This document shows, one piece after another, positions 20,834 through 32,027 of a DNA stretch of 64,000 nucleotides (the first letter of the stretch is position 1; the number at the start of each line of letters is the position of its first letter). The stretch lies in NCBI GenBank assembly GCA_913043205.1, contig CAJWLF010000013.1, forward strand, positions 4,787 to 68,786, in the 5' to 3' direction. Both the position numbers and the translations under genes were made by a program. This DNA is from an uncultured Chloroflexota bacterium. Lineage in GTDB: Bacteria; Chloroflexota; UBA11872; VXNJ01. The notes under the pieces were generated by a model, which saw only the letters and a list, made by a program, of their open reading frames with translations, ran no database searches and was not told where the DNA came from.

Positions 20834-22867
20834 TTAAGGACTAAACGTCACACTTGCCACTACCCCATCGAAACCAGCTATTTGGAATTTTCCTTTAAGA
20901 TCCCTTACCACCAATTGGTTAACTATCGACAGCCCCAAGCCAGCGTTAACCCCTAAGTCAAAATTGGCCGGCAACCCTCTTCCATCGTCTCTAACTTCAA
21001 CCAGCAGGTCACCATCTTGAAAAGACGTTGTTACAACGATTTTGCCCTCACTCTTATCAGAGAATCCATGATCTATTGCATTCCAAATTAATTCGTTTAT
21101 TACTAGCGCAAAAGTAGTAGCTTTGTCTTCAGGAATGTCTACAATTTGCCCTTCGACTGAAATTGCAATATTTTTCCCCATAGCCACAATATCCGATCTA
21201 GCAATATCGGCCATAGTGGAAACAATATCTGTTGCCGTAGCAACATTTATGCGATCACCAGACAATAAGTCGTGTACAGCAGCCATACCAGTTATTCGAC
21301 CTGCACTTAACGCAAGGATGTCCCCTGCCTCGGGCGACTCGGTCCGCCTGCTTTGCATATTTAATAGTGAAGCAACGGTTTGCAAATTGTTCTTTACTCG
21401 GTGATGAAGCTCACGCAACAATAATGAGTTTCGTTCCATGCCATCATTTGCCTGAGCGTACAATCGAGCATTGCTCATAGCAATCGCAGCCTGATCAGCA
21501 AAAGAGGACACCAATTGAACATCATGATCGCCGAATTCACGACGCGACTCAGAGTAAATTGTAATTGCACCAAGGACACGACCACGAGACTTTAATGGAA
21601 CACATAGCATTGAGGAATACCCTTCCTCGCGAATCATTTCTGGTGACGCCATCAATCTTCTATCCGTTAATGCGTCGATCACAATAGCCGGCTGATGAGA
21701 TTTCACGACTTCTCCGGCAACTCCTTCACCTACACGCATACTTAATTGCCGGTACGCAGGACCAACATTATGGTGTGCCACAATAAATATTCGGTCATTA
21801 TCCACTTCAAATATGGCCGCCTTATCTGCTTCAATAATAGAAGTGGCATAACTTGTAATCTGCTCCAACACATCCCGATAGTTCAAATTGGAAGTCAGGC
21901 TCTGACCTATTCTTTGAAGCGTAGTTAATTCGCTATATCGACGCCGTAGTTCTTCATCCGTTTGCTCATACAGATTGGCATTCCACAGTGCCATAGCCAG
22001 CTGACCTGCCGCAGTTTCAACAAACTCAATTTCCGCACCGCTAAAATCTCTATATTCCCGGCTATGCATGCTGAGCACGCCAAGTAAACGATTTGCTGTA
22101 AATTGAACGATTGGCACTGCCAAAATGCTGCAATACTGTTCTTCGCCTAGGCCCGGGAACACCCTGAATCGAGGGTCTGCCCAAGCATCGCGAACCACCA
22201 CCGACTCACCTAGTTCAGCGGCGCTACCAGCAATACCTTCCCCAACTTGCATAGAGGCCTTACCAACAAGATCAGTATTCAAGCCATGCGTTTGATGCAG
22301 AATCAGCCTATTACTTTCATCATCAAGTATCCATACGGAACACTCATCAAGCTCCATCACATCAGCAACGGTCTTCGCTGCCAAATACGAAGTTTGCTCC
22401 AAATCCAATGTGGAATTGGCGGCAGCATTTATACGCATAATTCCTTCAAGCTCGGCGCGACCACTTTCATCCTTTTTCTCAGCAGTCATACCATTTAACC
22501 TATTAGTCAGACCACGTTCTAGCCCAGTGCCAATGGATTGCAGAACCGACGAATTAAGCTTGCGAAAGCGATCATCAAATAATTTTGTAGCAGCACTCCC
22601 GTCTATCGCCATTCTTTCCACTGCCCATCCGTCTCTAAGCCTATCGCCCGCCATTGTTAGAGCGACAGAAATCGGTCGTCCACTCAAGGCCGAATCAGCA
22701 GCTGCCTGCTCAATCGACGCAAATAAATTAGGATCTTCTGCATGATGAACAACAAGTTGAAACATCTCTCTGGGATGCCAAGGGCGAGCTTCATCTTCTC
22801 GGTCAATCAACCAATTGCATATTCTTCGTATGTCCCGGCTAGTAGCCGGAAGCGTCTTATCAGTCAT
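20834..22867 (-). CDS. Cytoplasmic sensor histidine kinase with two GAF domains and a HisKA_2-type (PdtaS/EutW-like) kinase core
   Basis: Two repeats of GEG(I/V)AG...DA..D.R...S.L.VP; ELHHRVKNNLQ H-box; NELIWNA, DDGRGLP and GLGL boxes. Confidence 0.9.
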   Translation of the reverse strand: MTDKTLPATSRDIRRICNWLIDREDEARPWHPREMFQLVVHHAEDPNLFASIEQAAADSALSGRPISVALTMAGDRLRDGWAVERMAIDGSAATKLFDDRFRKLNSSVLQSIGTGLERGLTNRLNGMTAEKKDESGRAELEGIMRINAAANSTLDLEQTSYLAAKTVADVMELDECSVWILDDESNRLILHQTHGLNTDLVGKASMQVGEGIAGSAAELGESVVVRDAWADPRFRVFPGLGEEQYCSILAVPIVQFTANRLLGVLSMHSREYRDFSGAEIEFVETAAGQLAMALWNANLYEQTDEELRRRYSELTTLQRIGQSLTSNLNYRDVLEQITSYATSIIEADKAAIFEVDNDRIFIVAHHNVGPAYRQLSMRVGEGVAGEVVKSHQPAIVIDALTDRRLMASPEMIREEGYSSMLCVPLKSRGRVLGAITIYSESRREFGDHDVQLVSSFADQAAIAMSNARLYAQANDGMERNSLLLRELHHRVKNNLQTVASLLNMQSRRTESPEAGDILALSAGRITGMAAVHDLLSGDRINVATATDIVSTMADIARSDIVAMGKNIAISVEGQIVDIPEDKATTFALVINELIWNAIDHGFSDKSEGKIVVTTSFQDGDLLVEVRDDGRGLPANFDLGVNAGLGLSIVNQLVVRDLKGKFQIAGFDGVVASVTFSP

Positions 22868-23142
22868 ATATCAACACTGTCACATATTGCATGAAAATAA
22901 TGGACCCTATATTAACGGGCGCTACAACTCTGCGTTTGGACAAATTGACTCACATCCTCGATACTAGGCAAACACAAGCCCATACATCATCCCTGTGATG
23001 ATCCAATTTACCAAACGCAAATACCAATCCACCCGACTAGAAGACTCGCTCGAGTTAGAATGTTGGAACTGTTTTGTCTAGAGCCAGATAATTTGCAAAC
23101 TATCTGTGCCTAATTACTAACTCAAATAGGGAGATAATTTAA

Positions 23143-23253
23143 ATGTTCCGATTCATCTGGCGGGCCTTCAGGGCTCTCGCATTACTTGGCATTGCAATCG
23201 CCTTGTTTAATAGGTTTTTTAAAGACCGATTCAACGGTGAAGATGGGGAATAG
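23143..23253 (+). CDS. Small 36-aa putative membrane peptide
   Basis: Below the ORF-track cutoff. AGGGAG SD 9 nt before ATG; MFRFIWRAFRALALLGIAIALFNRFFKDRFNGEDGE. Confidence 0.55.
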   Translation: MFRFIWRAFRALALLGIAIALFNRFFKDRFNGEDGE

Positions 23254-23382
23254 CCATAGCTCAACAACCGTGTTGACCAACTTTAAAGGAACTGTATCGA
23301 ATACTGCTAGTTCTTACCGGTTAGCTAGCCTCCGACTCCCAGCACTCAGACATCAACATACAACAACGACCCCCTCACTCTG

Positions 23383-24636
23383 ATGATTGGACAAACCAAG
23401 CAGACAGCTTGGAAGAGAACAACTGTAGTAATAATCCTCTGTAACACCGTGAATTTCCTCGGTTACTCATTGATGATTCCTTTCTTAGCCCTCTATTTGC
23501 AAGAAATAGGCGTTCCAGACCCAGCGGATGCTGCTAAATGGGCCGGGTTTATAGGGGCCGCACAAGGGATATCATTCTCTATCAGCTCACCATTTTGGGG
23601 GTACCTAGCTGATCGCATCGGACGCAAACCTATGGTCGTACGAGCAATGATAGTCAGCGGCATAGGAATCGCAGCAGCAGGTTTTGTAAATGATCCGATG
23701 TTATTGTTCTTCGTAGTTCTATTCCGAGGCTTTGCATCTGGCCCTGGAACAGCTTCCATATCTCTGATGGCCACAATCGCTCCTAGTAATCAATTAACTC
23801 GCATCGTCGGCTGGGTGGAAGCTGCACACATGGTGGGAATGACGGCAGGATTAGCGGCTGGGGGAATATTAGCGGGAACAATAGGGATGCAAAACACCTT
23901 CGTCGCCGGTGGGATACTAAGCATAACCGCAGGATTGCTGGTGCAAATCTTTGCTGTAGAAAATTTTCAAAGACCCAAGCCGAATGATCAATCATTACCA
24001 AGTCAAAGTAATATCGCAACCAGAACAGGCCGTATAAGAAATGTGTTATCAGACTTGGGAGGATTGCTGACCTCCAACCTGTGGATCCTATGTATATTAC
24101 AAGGATCTCTGTGGTTTTCCGGAAACGGCATAAATTTTGTCTTGCCATTGCAGATCCAAGAGCTTACGGATCGAGGAACAGCGGCATTCTGGACAGGCAT
24201 GATACAAAGTGGATTCAGCGCACTCACCTTCGTGGGAGTTTTAGTCGTTCCCGAATTGGCAAGGAAGTGGGGATATCAACGTGTATTAGTCGGGGCATTA
24301 ATCGCTTTTGCCATATTATTCATCCCTCAGGCGCTCGCCCCTTCCATCATAACGTTTGCTGCATTGCGTATACTACAAGGAGTCGCTTTTGGATTTGTTG
24401 GTCCACTTCAACGTTCTTTGGTGGGACTGGCAGCTCCCAAACATCGCACAGCAACCGTATATGGCATTCAGACAACACTAGCAGGGACCGGGATGACTCT
24501 CGGACCTCTCGTACTAGGCACTCTTGTAGCAGGAAATATGGGAGTATCAGCTTCTTTCATCTGTGCCTCAACCATTTCATTGTCAGCCTGTCTGTTAGCA
24601 CTTCGTCGTTTAAACGCTGACTCTATAGCAAAATAG
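23383..24636 (+). CDS. MFS transporter (DHA1/MdtG-like)
   Basis: PFLALYL, SPFWGYLADRIGRKPMVVRA (motif A), about 12 hydrophobic segments. Confidence 0.9.
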   Translation: MIGQTKQTAWKRTTVVIILCNTVNFLGYSLMIPFLALYLQEIGVPDPADAAKWAGFIGAAQGISFSISSPFWGYLADRIGRKPMVVRAMIVSGIGIAAAGFVNDPMLLFFVVLFRGFASGPGTASISLMATIAPSNQLTRIVGWVEAAHMVGMTAGLAAGGILAGTIGMQNTFVAGGILSITAGLLVQIFAVENFQRPKPNDQSLPSQSNIATRTGRIRNVLSDLGGLLTSNLWILCILQGSLWFSGNGINFVLPLQIQELTDRGTAAFWTGMIQSGFSALTFVGVLVVPELARKWGYQRVLVGALIAFAILFIPQALAPSIITFAALRILQGVAFGFVGPLQRSLVGLAAPKHRTATVYGIQTTLAGTGMTLGPLVLGTLVAGNMGVSASFICASTISLSACLLALRRLNADSIAK

Positions 24637-24642
24637 AGAAAA

Positions 24643-26040
24643 CTATACAGGCCTATGTAAATGCCAATCCGTAACTTCCTGATACGCTGACGCAACCTGA
24701 ATCAGCATAGCTTCATTGAACAAGCGAGCCGAAAGCATCATCCCAACAGGCAGCTGGTTTCTATCAAACCCACACGGTACCGAAATAGACGGTTGCCCCG
24801 TCTGGTTGAATACCGCAGTAAAACTGAGTATTCGTTTGGCCTCATCAGTGTGGTCACTATCAATACAACTTGCGGTCCGAAATACAGTTGGAGTCAGCAG
24901 AACGTCAACTGAATTGAATAGCTCATCGCTGCGACGCGTCAAGTCTTTCTTCAGGTTTAACCAAGCGCTATAATCCCTGCCATCAACATTGCAACCCCGT
25001 TCCAACAACCGCTCGCGAACATCATCTCCCAGCTTCTTAACTGAATCGGCATCATCAAGTATCGTCTTGTTCGAAAAAGCAGCATCCACTGGAACCATCC
25101 TAGAATTATTTTGAAATAATTGTTCCGCCCATTCAAAATCCAATGGTACTAGGGAAGCCCCCATACCCTCCAGAACTCTGATCGCATTGTCCAAACATTG
25201 CCCAACATCATTATCCAAATCATTGAAAAAAAACTGCCGGGGAACCCCTATCTTTCGCCCACTTATGCCTAGCCCCACCGTCCGAGTAAAGTTCTCACGA
25301 TGTATCGGTTCACTGTACGGATCCAACCTGTCATATCCAGTCATAACATTTAACATAATGCCGCAATCTATCGCGCTTCTTCCCATTGGACCCACATGGT
25401 CTAAATTCATTGACAGCGGCCACACGCCACGTCTCGAGACGCGACCAAACGATGGTTTCAGACCAGTAATCCCACAGAGTGCTGCCGGACCACGTATAGA
25501 ACCACCAGTGTCAGAACCAATAGCAGCTATAGACATGGCACTAGCAACTGCAACTGCAGACCCACTACTCGACCCTCCAGGAATGCGATCGATACCCCAT
25601 GGATTAGCGGGAGTACCAAAACTATGGTTAACCCCTGTTCCTCCTAATGCTAGCTCATGTAAATTTGTTTTTCCGATTATGATCGCGCCTGCCTGGATCA
25701 ATTTTTCCACAATTGATGCATTACAAACCGATGTGGTCAGCGGAGCTGCGAAAGAACCAGCTGTCGTCACTGTTCCAGCTAGGTCGCATAGATCTTTAAT
25801 TGCGACAGGCAACCCATGAAGCGGACCCCGAAACATACCGCTAGCTGACTCAATATCAGCCTGCCTGGCACTAGACACAGCCTCTTCCGGACTGGTCTGA
25901 ATAAAAACTTTATTGTCTGAATCAAGGGTGTTAATACGATCCAAAGCATTTCGGACCAAATCAAAGCTCGACAACTTACCAGCACGAATCTGAGCCGCCG
26001 CCTCGACAATAGAAAAATAACTCAAGCCTGAGTCGTCCAT
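24643..26040 (-). CDS. Amidase signature family enzyme
   Basis: GPLHGLPVAIKD, GKTNLHE, GGSSSGSAVAVA, GSDTGGSIR. Confidence 0.93.
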   Translation of the reverse strand: MDDSGLSYFSIVEAAAQIRAGKLSSFDLVRNALDRINTLDSDNKVFIQTSPEEAVSSARQADIESASGMFRGPLHGLPVAIKDLCDLAGTVTTAGSFAAPLTTSVCNASIVEKLIQAGAIIIGKTNLHELALGGTGVNHSFGTPANPWGIDRIPGGSSSGSAVAVASAMSIAAIGSDTGGSIRGPAALCGITGLKPSFGRVSRRGVWPLSMNLDHVGPMGRSAIDCGIMLNVMTGYDRLDPYSEPIHRENFTRTVGLGISGRKIGVPRQFFFNDLDNDVGQCLDNAIRVLEGMGASLVPLDFEWAEQLFQNNSRMVPVDAAFSNKTILDDADSVKKLGDDVRERLLERGCNVDGRDYSAWLNLKKDLTRRSDELFNSVDVLLTPTVFRTASCIDSDHTDEAKRILSFTAVFNQTGQPSISVPCGFDRNQLPVGMMLSARLFNEAMLIQVASAYQEVTDWHLHRPV

Positions 26041-26223
26041 CTAATTTCCTTCTTATCGCCTGCTCCATTCACCGCAACTGATATTATGCCAAATTGCATC
26101 TAAGACACACCACTTGTTGTCTACTTTTATAATACTGTCTAGTAACCAAATATCTTATTATGTTGACTAACTATTCAATGGAACACCGCTAACCTACTGG
26201 AGTCCGAGTTAGGACAATCAACA

Positions 26224-26979
26224 CTGACCCAAAACCACTCAAAATCATCCGTACGACTTCATGTCTTCTTAGCGAAGGCAGGACTCGGATCCCGTCGCGC
26301 CATGGAAACTGCTATTGCAGACGGTCGAGCTGAAGTAAATGGATCTGTAATAACAAGAATGGGTTCTAAAATTCATCCTGAATCCGACATTGTGGTGTTT
26401 GACGGATCAACCATCAATCCATCTAACGTCATCAAAGTTTATGTACTCCTAAATAAACCACGCGGAGTGTTAAGCACCACTAAAGACGATTATGGACGCA
26501 AGACGGTAATGGATTGCTTACCCAAAGAGTTGTTGCGCCACCGTCTCTTTCCAGTAGGCAGACTCGATTGGAACTCCGAAGGCCTAGTGCTGCTAACAAA
26601 CGATGGAGACCTAGCACATAGACTTTTACACCCAAAGTTCGAACATTATCGGCATTATTTAGTCAAAGTTACAGGACGGCCAAAAGAATCTCAGCTCAAC
26701 AAGCTTAGACATGGACTGCAACTTGAAGACGGCTTCACCTCTCCAACCAAGATTAAGGAAATAGGTTTCTATGATAGTCACACGGAACTTGAGATGACTA
26801 TGCGAGAGGGACGTAACCGTCAGATCAGACGCATGTTTTCATCGATAGGATCATCAGTGACTCACCTGCGACGCACCGGCCTTGCAACATTAAATATAGG
26901 TAGGTTAGGCCTCAGTGAATCACGCCTATTGACAAGCACAGAAGTGTCCAAATTGCGCAAGTCAGCAGGGCTAGAGTGA
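26224..26979 (+). CDS. rRNA pseudouridine synthase (RsuA/RluB family)
   Basis: LNKPRGV, PVGRLD, LLTNDG, EGRNRQIRRM. The S4-domain start RLHVFLAKAGLGSRR lies upstream of ATG 26302, so the start is placed tentatively at CTG 26224. Confidence 0.9.
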   Translation: MTQNHSKSSVRLHVFLAKAGLGSRRAMETAIADGRAEVNGSVITRMGSKIHPESDIVVFDGSTINPSNVIKVYVLLNKPRGVLSTTKDDYGRKTVMDCLPKELLRHRLFPVGRLDWNSEGLVLLTNDGDLAHRLLHPKFEHYRHYLVKVTGRPKESQLNKLRHGLQLEDGFTSPTKIKEIGFYDSHTELEMTMREGRNRQIRRMFSSIGSSVTHLRRTGLATLNIGRLGLSESRLLTSTEVSKLRKSAGLE

Positions 26980-26982
26980 ATG

Positions 26983-29013
26983 TTAATCCATCAGTTGATT
27001 TCGTAAATCATGTAGCTCTGTCACCGGGAGAGAGCAAACGAAATCTCGACACACATATGCAGTCGGCTGACTGTTCAAAACGTCCCTACCCTTGAGTAAT
27101 GGAACCGCCGAATTACTTCCTAACCCACATGCCACAACACAATGCGGTCTGTATTGGTTCCGCAACTCAGCCAATAAATCTTGCATTTCTTTAGCTTTAA
27201 ATTTTCCGACTAAAGCAACTGCTACTGGGTTTGCTATCGCATAATCTAAGGCAATTAACCATTGGCCATGCCCGGTCGGATAACGATCCAATTGGTTGGA
27301 CACAGATTTTAATGCCGACTCCGCCATCTCTCGGTATCTATACTCGCCCGTCAAGTCCGCAATTTTCAGAAGTGTTGTAGCCGCCATAGCCCCACCAGAA
27401 GGGACAGCATTATCTTGCAAGAACATTGGACGCGTTATCAACTCTTCATGATCGTCACTAGTGTCAAAAAACCCTCCTTCATGTGAATAGAAACGGTCAC
27501 AAATCACATCAGCAAGTTCACGTGCAATCACAAACCATTTCTCATCAAACTTCCCTTGATACAAACACAAAAGACCTTCGATTAGATAGCTATAATCTTC
27601 CAATAATCCATTTACACTGGCTCTTCCATTCCGCCAAGTGTGCAAAAGACGACCATCATTATTCCGCATATTGGCGACGATGAAATTGGCATTTTTCTCA
27701 GCCACATGCCAGTAATCACTCCGATCAAAGGCTATGGCCGCCTCGCTAAAGGCAGCCATCATAAGCCCATTCCAAGATGTAATAACTTTGTCATCAGTAG
27801 CAGGTCTTATACGAGTTGATCTGATTTCAAATAGTTTCTTACGGGCATCATCAAACCCCGACAGCTCCTGAGCACTATCTGAATCCCCACCCTCATCCTG
27901 AATCGTAGTGGGACGTATTCGATTCAAGATATTTTGACCTTCAAAATTACCCTCTGTCGACACGTTGAATGTTCGCGCAAAATCTTCAGCTGCCTCCCCT
28001 AAAGCCTCATGTATTTCGCCTTTATCCCATAAGAAGAATTTTCCTTCAACCCCCTCAGAATCAGCATCTTGCGTACTGCTGAACCCTCCATCTAATAGTG
28101 TCATTTCACGCATGACATAGTCCAGCGTCTCCTCAGCTACTTTCCGGTAAATCAAATTACCCGTAATTTGCCAGGCTTTTACATAGACTCGGACAAGCTG
28201 ACTATTGTCATATAACATTTTTTCAAAATGAGGAGTCAACCAAAAAGCGTCTACTGAATAGCGATGAAACCCCCCTCCTATTTGGTCATAAATCCCACCT
28301 CTCGCCATCTTCTGCAACGCACCTTCCGCCACCTTTAAGGCGACATCATCGCCTGATGCCACATACCGATTTAACAAAAAGTGGATCAGCATAGGTTGAG
28401 GAAATTTCGGTTGCGATCCCCAACCTCCATTTTCTAAGTCAGAGGCTGACACGATACTGTTACCAGCCTCTACTATGGTCCCTTCGGCTAACTGCCCTTC
28501 CGAAGGCAAAGCAAATCCAGTTTCAATACGTTGTAACAACGCCTTTCCGGCATCTGTCACCTCTTGACGTCGCTCCCTGTATGCGCCAGATAATGCGTCG
28601 AGCACTTGGGTAAATGAAGGCATTCCATGCCTAGGAACAGGGGGGTAATATGTCCCTCCGTAAAAGGGAAGCCCATCGGGTGTGAGAAAGACGCTCATTG
28701 GCCAACCGCCTTGGCCAGTCATAGAGACAACCGAACTCATGTATATAGCATCGATTTCAGGCCGCTCTTCCCGATCAACTTTAATAGCAACGAATTCTCT
28801 GTTGAGTATTTCGGCAACAGTCGGGTCTTCAAAAGATTCTCGTTCCATAACATGGCACCAATGGCACGATGAGTAGCCCACACTGAGAAATACAGGCCTG
28901 TCTAAACCCTTAGCTTTCTTAAAGGCCTCGTCGCCCCAGGGATGCCAATCAACAGGATTGTTAGCGTGTTGAAGCAAATATGGACTAGTTTCTTTTGCAA
29001 GTAAGTTGGCCAA
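26983..29013 (-). CDS. Thioredoxin-domain protein of the YyaL/SPATA20 family
   Basis: [46 protein letters not shown]. Confidence 0.93.
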   Translation of the reverse strand: MANLLAKETSPYLLQHANNPVDWHPWGDEAFKKAKGLDRPVFLSVGYSSCHWCHVMERESFEDPTVAEILNREFVAIKVDREERPEIDAIYMSSVVSMTGQGGWPMSVFLTPDGLPFYGGTYYPPVPRHGMPSFTQVLDALSGAYRERRQEVTDAGKALLQRIETGFALPSEGQLAEGTIVEAGNSIVSASDLENGGWGSQPKFPQPMLIHFLLNRYVASGDDVALKVAEGALQKMARGGIYDQIGGGFHRYSVDAFWLTPHFEKMLYDNSQLVRVYVKAWQITGNLIYRKVAEETLDYVMREMTLLDGGFSSTQDADSEGVEGKFFLWDKGEIHEALGEAAEDFARTFNVSTEGNFEGQNILNRIRPTTIQDEGGDSDSAQELSGFDDARKKLFEIRSTRIRPATDDKVITSWNGLMMAAFSEAAIAFDRSDYWHVAEKNANFIVANMRNNDGRLLHTWRNGRASVNGLLEDYSYLIEGLLCLYQGKFDEKWFVIARELADVICDRFYSHEGGFFDTSDDHEELITRPMFLQDNAVPSGGAMAATTLLKIADLTGEYRYREMAESALKSVSNQLDRYPTGHGQWLIALDYAIANPVAVALVGKFKAKEMQDLLAELRNQYRPHCVVACGLGSNSAVPLLKGRDVLNSQPTAYVCRDFVCSLPVTELHDLRNQLMD

Positions 29014-29130
29014 GAGATAAATCCTATTTCATACCATTTAAACAACGATTAAAGATTCCACGTCCGAATACCAATTCCGAGGAAAATCAGATCTTGCAGG
29101 GCATAATAATCCACAAGGAAATAATTAACT

Positions 29131-29895
29131 ATGACAGCACCAACAAAAAACAAGCGAGATTTATTTAAAGAACCGGGACTGTATGACAATATCAGCTTGC
29201 CTGCAGCATCACATGAACGCCCTTATGTTGCTATCAATATGGTAATGACTGCTGACGGCGCGATTTCGCCGCCGGATCACAGTTACAAACACATTAGTGG
29301 TCCAGAAGATCAACGTACTTACAGGCGTATGCGAATCCATTTCGATGCGATCATGCGAGGCACGAAAACTTTGGATATCGATCTAGATAGAAATTTGATG
29401 AATGACCATATCGTCAATGCGCGCACACAAATAGGGTTACCAAACCCACCATTCGTTGTCATCCTGACCAACACAGGCAATGTTGACCCAAATTCCCTGA
29501 TATTCAAGCATGATATATATCCCGCTCGCCCCCTACTTTTTGTGCCAGAAAAAGTTGTGACATCCAGCAAACTCCAAGACGTGGCTTACGTTATAAAAAT
29601 GGACGGGCCGCAACTGATTTCGACTGACGTCCTGCAATGGTTACGAGAAAACAAAGGTGTAGAGAGGGTTTTGTCAGAAGGGGGAGCTACACTCAATTAT
29701 TCTCTAATTGCCGAAAACCTAGTAGACGAATATTTCCTCACTATTTCGCCTATTATCATCGGTGAATCGAACCCAAGAACTCCCGTGGAAGGAAAATTTC
29801 CTTTTGCTAACGATAAAACAAGAACCATGTCGCTAATCTCATCGATTAGTAGTGGTGATGAAGTTTTCTTGCGGTACAAATTTGAATGTCAGTGA
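29131..29895 (+). CDS. RibD C-terminal-like (DHFR-fold) reductase
   Basis: RPYVAINMVMTADGAI, SEGGATLN, LVDEYFLTISP, DEVFLRY. Confidence 0.85.
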   Translation: MTAPTKNKRDLFKEPGLYDNISLPAASHERPYVAINMVMTADGAISPPDHSYKHISGPEDQRTYRRMRIHFDAIMRGTKTLDIDLDRNLMNDHIVNARTQIGLPNPPFVVILTNTGNVDPNSLIFKHDIYPARPLLFVPEKVVTSSKLQDVAYVIKMDGPQLISTDVLQWLRENKGVERVLSEGGATLNYSLIAENLVDEYFLTISPIIIGESNPRTPVEGKFPFANDKTRTMSLISSISSGDEVFLRYKFECQ

Positions 29896-30725
29896 GAAGC
29901 CTTATATGAGTCCCTAAGCAAACTTGTCTCGAAACCATCTGCTACCAAGTCTTCTGCCGCATATTCATAAAGAGCCGCCTTGAAAATGCCATCCATCGTT
30001 GTAACTACCAGAGCCGCTGATATTCCACCAAGCACAGCTAATACCAAACCAAGGGCAGGACTTACCTGTGCAAACACAATTGCAGGAACCATTGCTACTA
30101 AAAATACAAAAACCCCCATTACCCCAAAGCCAAAATTTGCCGTCACTTGCTCGCCCCAAGTCTGCCGAAGTAGAGATTTCGATCTCTTAATAGATTCAAT
30201 CGGCCCGACGTTTTCCACTACTAGTACAGGAATCACGAAAAAAGTTGTATAAGCCCAAGCTGCAGCCCCTATCGCAACTGCAATTTGGCCTATGACATTA
30301 TCTGAACGCCTAGAAGCATTGCTCAATATTCGAAGCACCAATCCCACAGAGGCAGATATAATCGCCCATCCAGCTATTGTGGAAACACGGGACATAGCAA
30401 TCTTCAAACCATCTTTGACCGTGGGATCCCCACCCCGAATACGTATCATTGCTGCACCTACAAGTGCTGAATTAAAAAAGATGATCACGAAAGACACTAT
30501 GAAATATATAATTAGCAGTAACACGTAATCAACGTTGGTCAATTCTGACTCACCAAACAATCTATCTAGCGCTCCCAAACCACTCGCTAAACCAGACCAT
30601 ATCAAAATTATCAAGATTGCTGAAGCCCCGGAAAATACAGGAAAAACAACGAGTTCACGGTCCTTTTGAAGTATTGCCCAGCAAATCTTGACGATAGACC
30701 AAGTTCTACCAATGGAAGCAAACAT
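29889..30725 (-). CDS. Conserved hypothetical membrane protein (DUF6159-like)
   Basis: LQKDRELVVFP, FFNSALV, FFVIPVLVVENVGPIESIKRS...TWGE; multiple TM segments. Confidence 0.7.
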   Translation of the reverse strand: MFASIGRTWSIVKICWAILQKDRELVVFPVFSGASAILIILIWSGLASGLGALDRLFGESELTNVDYVLLLIIYFIVSFVIIFFNSALVGAAMIRIRGGDPTVKDGLKIAMSRVSTIAGWAIISASVGLVLRILSNASRRSDNVIGQIAVAIGAAAWAYTTFFVIPVLVVENVGPIESIKRSKSLLRQTWGEQVTANFGFGVMGVFVFLVAMVPAIVFAQVSPALGLVLAVLGGISAALVVTTMDGIFKAALYEYAAEDLVADGFETSLLRDSYKASH

Positions 30726-30822
30726 TAGATTAGAAACTCCATAGCTCGGCTTGTATCGACGTAGCCGTCTTTATCAGGGTTATACGTTAGTAAATACGGT
30801 AACACAATCCAACTTTCGATAG

Positions 30823-31581
30823 TCACGCCGACTCTGAATCTCGGTGAAAATCGTAAGTCACACTGCGAAGAGTAGCTCCAAAAACCGTAAGAAGAACTTC
30901 AAAGGGAAAGCTAATGATAGATGCCATAAAGATCGCTCTTGTCAATTCTGATTCACCCTGCGCCCCCATGTTGGTGACTGCACCTGTGACATTTGCTATC
31001 ACTAATGTGAGGGCAGCCATAAACGCCAAGAACATTAGCACATCACGCCATAACCTATTCGCCATCGAAAACGATAGTTTGATAGCAACATGTACAGAGG
31101 GATTTTTGTCCGCCAATATCGGTAACACAAAAATACTAGCGTATGACCATCCTATGGGTATTAGTAAGGCAATAAATAAAATAGCTCCTGTAGATTGACC
31201 TATCAGAACCTGAGTAACCCCCAGCAAAAAGACCAATCCCAACAGCGGGCGCACCAAAGTAAATATCTTGGTTATGGCAACCCCGAAGCCAATCCTTCTA
31301 CCTCGTAAATGATTTAATACAGAAAAAATAACCGCCAAATCCTGCGCCTGGTTCAAAAATATCTGTATCAATATTATTGGTAGCAATTGCGTTAGAGATA
31401 AGTTGGAAAGTGCTGCTCCCGGACTTCCCACCAAGATCATCCGAGTCAAAATGGCTCCAGGCACGGGATACAGAAGTAACAATGGGTGATCACGCAATAT
31501 GGTTAGTGAAGTCCGCACAAACAAACCAAAACGATATCCGAGACCTTCGCCATCTTCAGAATTAGAATCTGTGTTATTCAA
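30823..31581 (-). CDS. Hypothetical membrane protein, probable divergent paralogue of the downstream gene
   Basis: ILRDHPLLLLYP and W.YASIFVLPIL...AIKLS...W echo motifs of 29889..30725. Confidence 0.6.
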   Translation of the reverse strand: MNNTDSNSEDGEGLGYRFGLFVRTSLTILRDHPLLLLYPVPGAILTRMILVGSPGAALSNLSLTQLLPIILIQIFLNQAQDLAVIFSVLNHLRGRRIGFGVAITKIFTLVRPLLGLVFLLGVTQVLIGQSTGAILFIALLIPIGWSYASIFVLPILADKNPSVHVAIKLSFSMANRLWRDVLMFLAFMAALTLVIANVTGAVTNMGAQGESELTRAIFMASIISFPFEVLLTVFGATLRSVTYDFHRDSESA

Positions 31582-32027
31582 TATTAAGCATCTTCTTACT
31601 CGGCTTTGATCCCTATTAGAATCTCACAATTAGAAATAAATAGCACTACATTTAACCCGGACAATATACAAACAATGCGACGCCAGGGATATCCAATAGA
31701 CCCTACAGTTAGCTCCCTAACAACGTCGTTTATTTATTAGAAGCTGCCTACTTCAGAAGATCCTCAGGTACCCAGACTACCATCATCCTTAGCAATGCTG
31801 AAACTCTATTTATATACAGAATCGCTATTAAAAACCTCACTGTCGGAATCCCTATCACCTATTATGGACTGGGCATCGAAATGGCAAGCCTTACAATTGT
31901 TAGAAAACACCTAATGCGCGACATGCACGACCAACCACTTGACCAGTAAAATTGCTTGGAAAAAATCTGATAGTGAGCACTATGTATACTCCTGAACACA
32001 CCCCTACCCCTAGACTAGCAATGCGAT

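Noticed and set aside
24081..24620. 179-aa alternative-frame ORF inside the MFS gene
   Set aside because: Arg/Ser-rich off-frame translation entirely within a well-supported CDS.
31582..32027. Short minus-strand frames in a 445-bp spacer, one containing CKACH (CxxCH)
   Set aside because: Only about 34 codons, with no convincing SD or signal peptide; likely chance.
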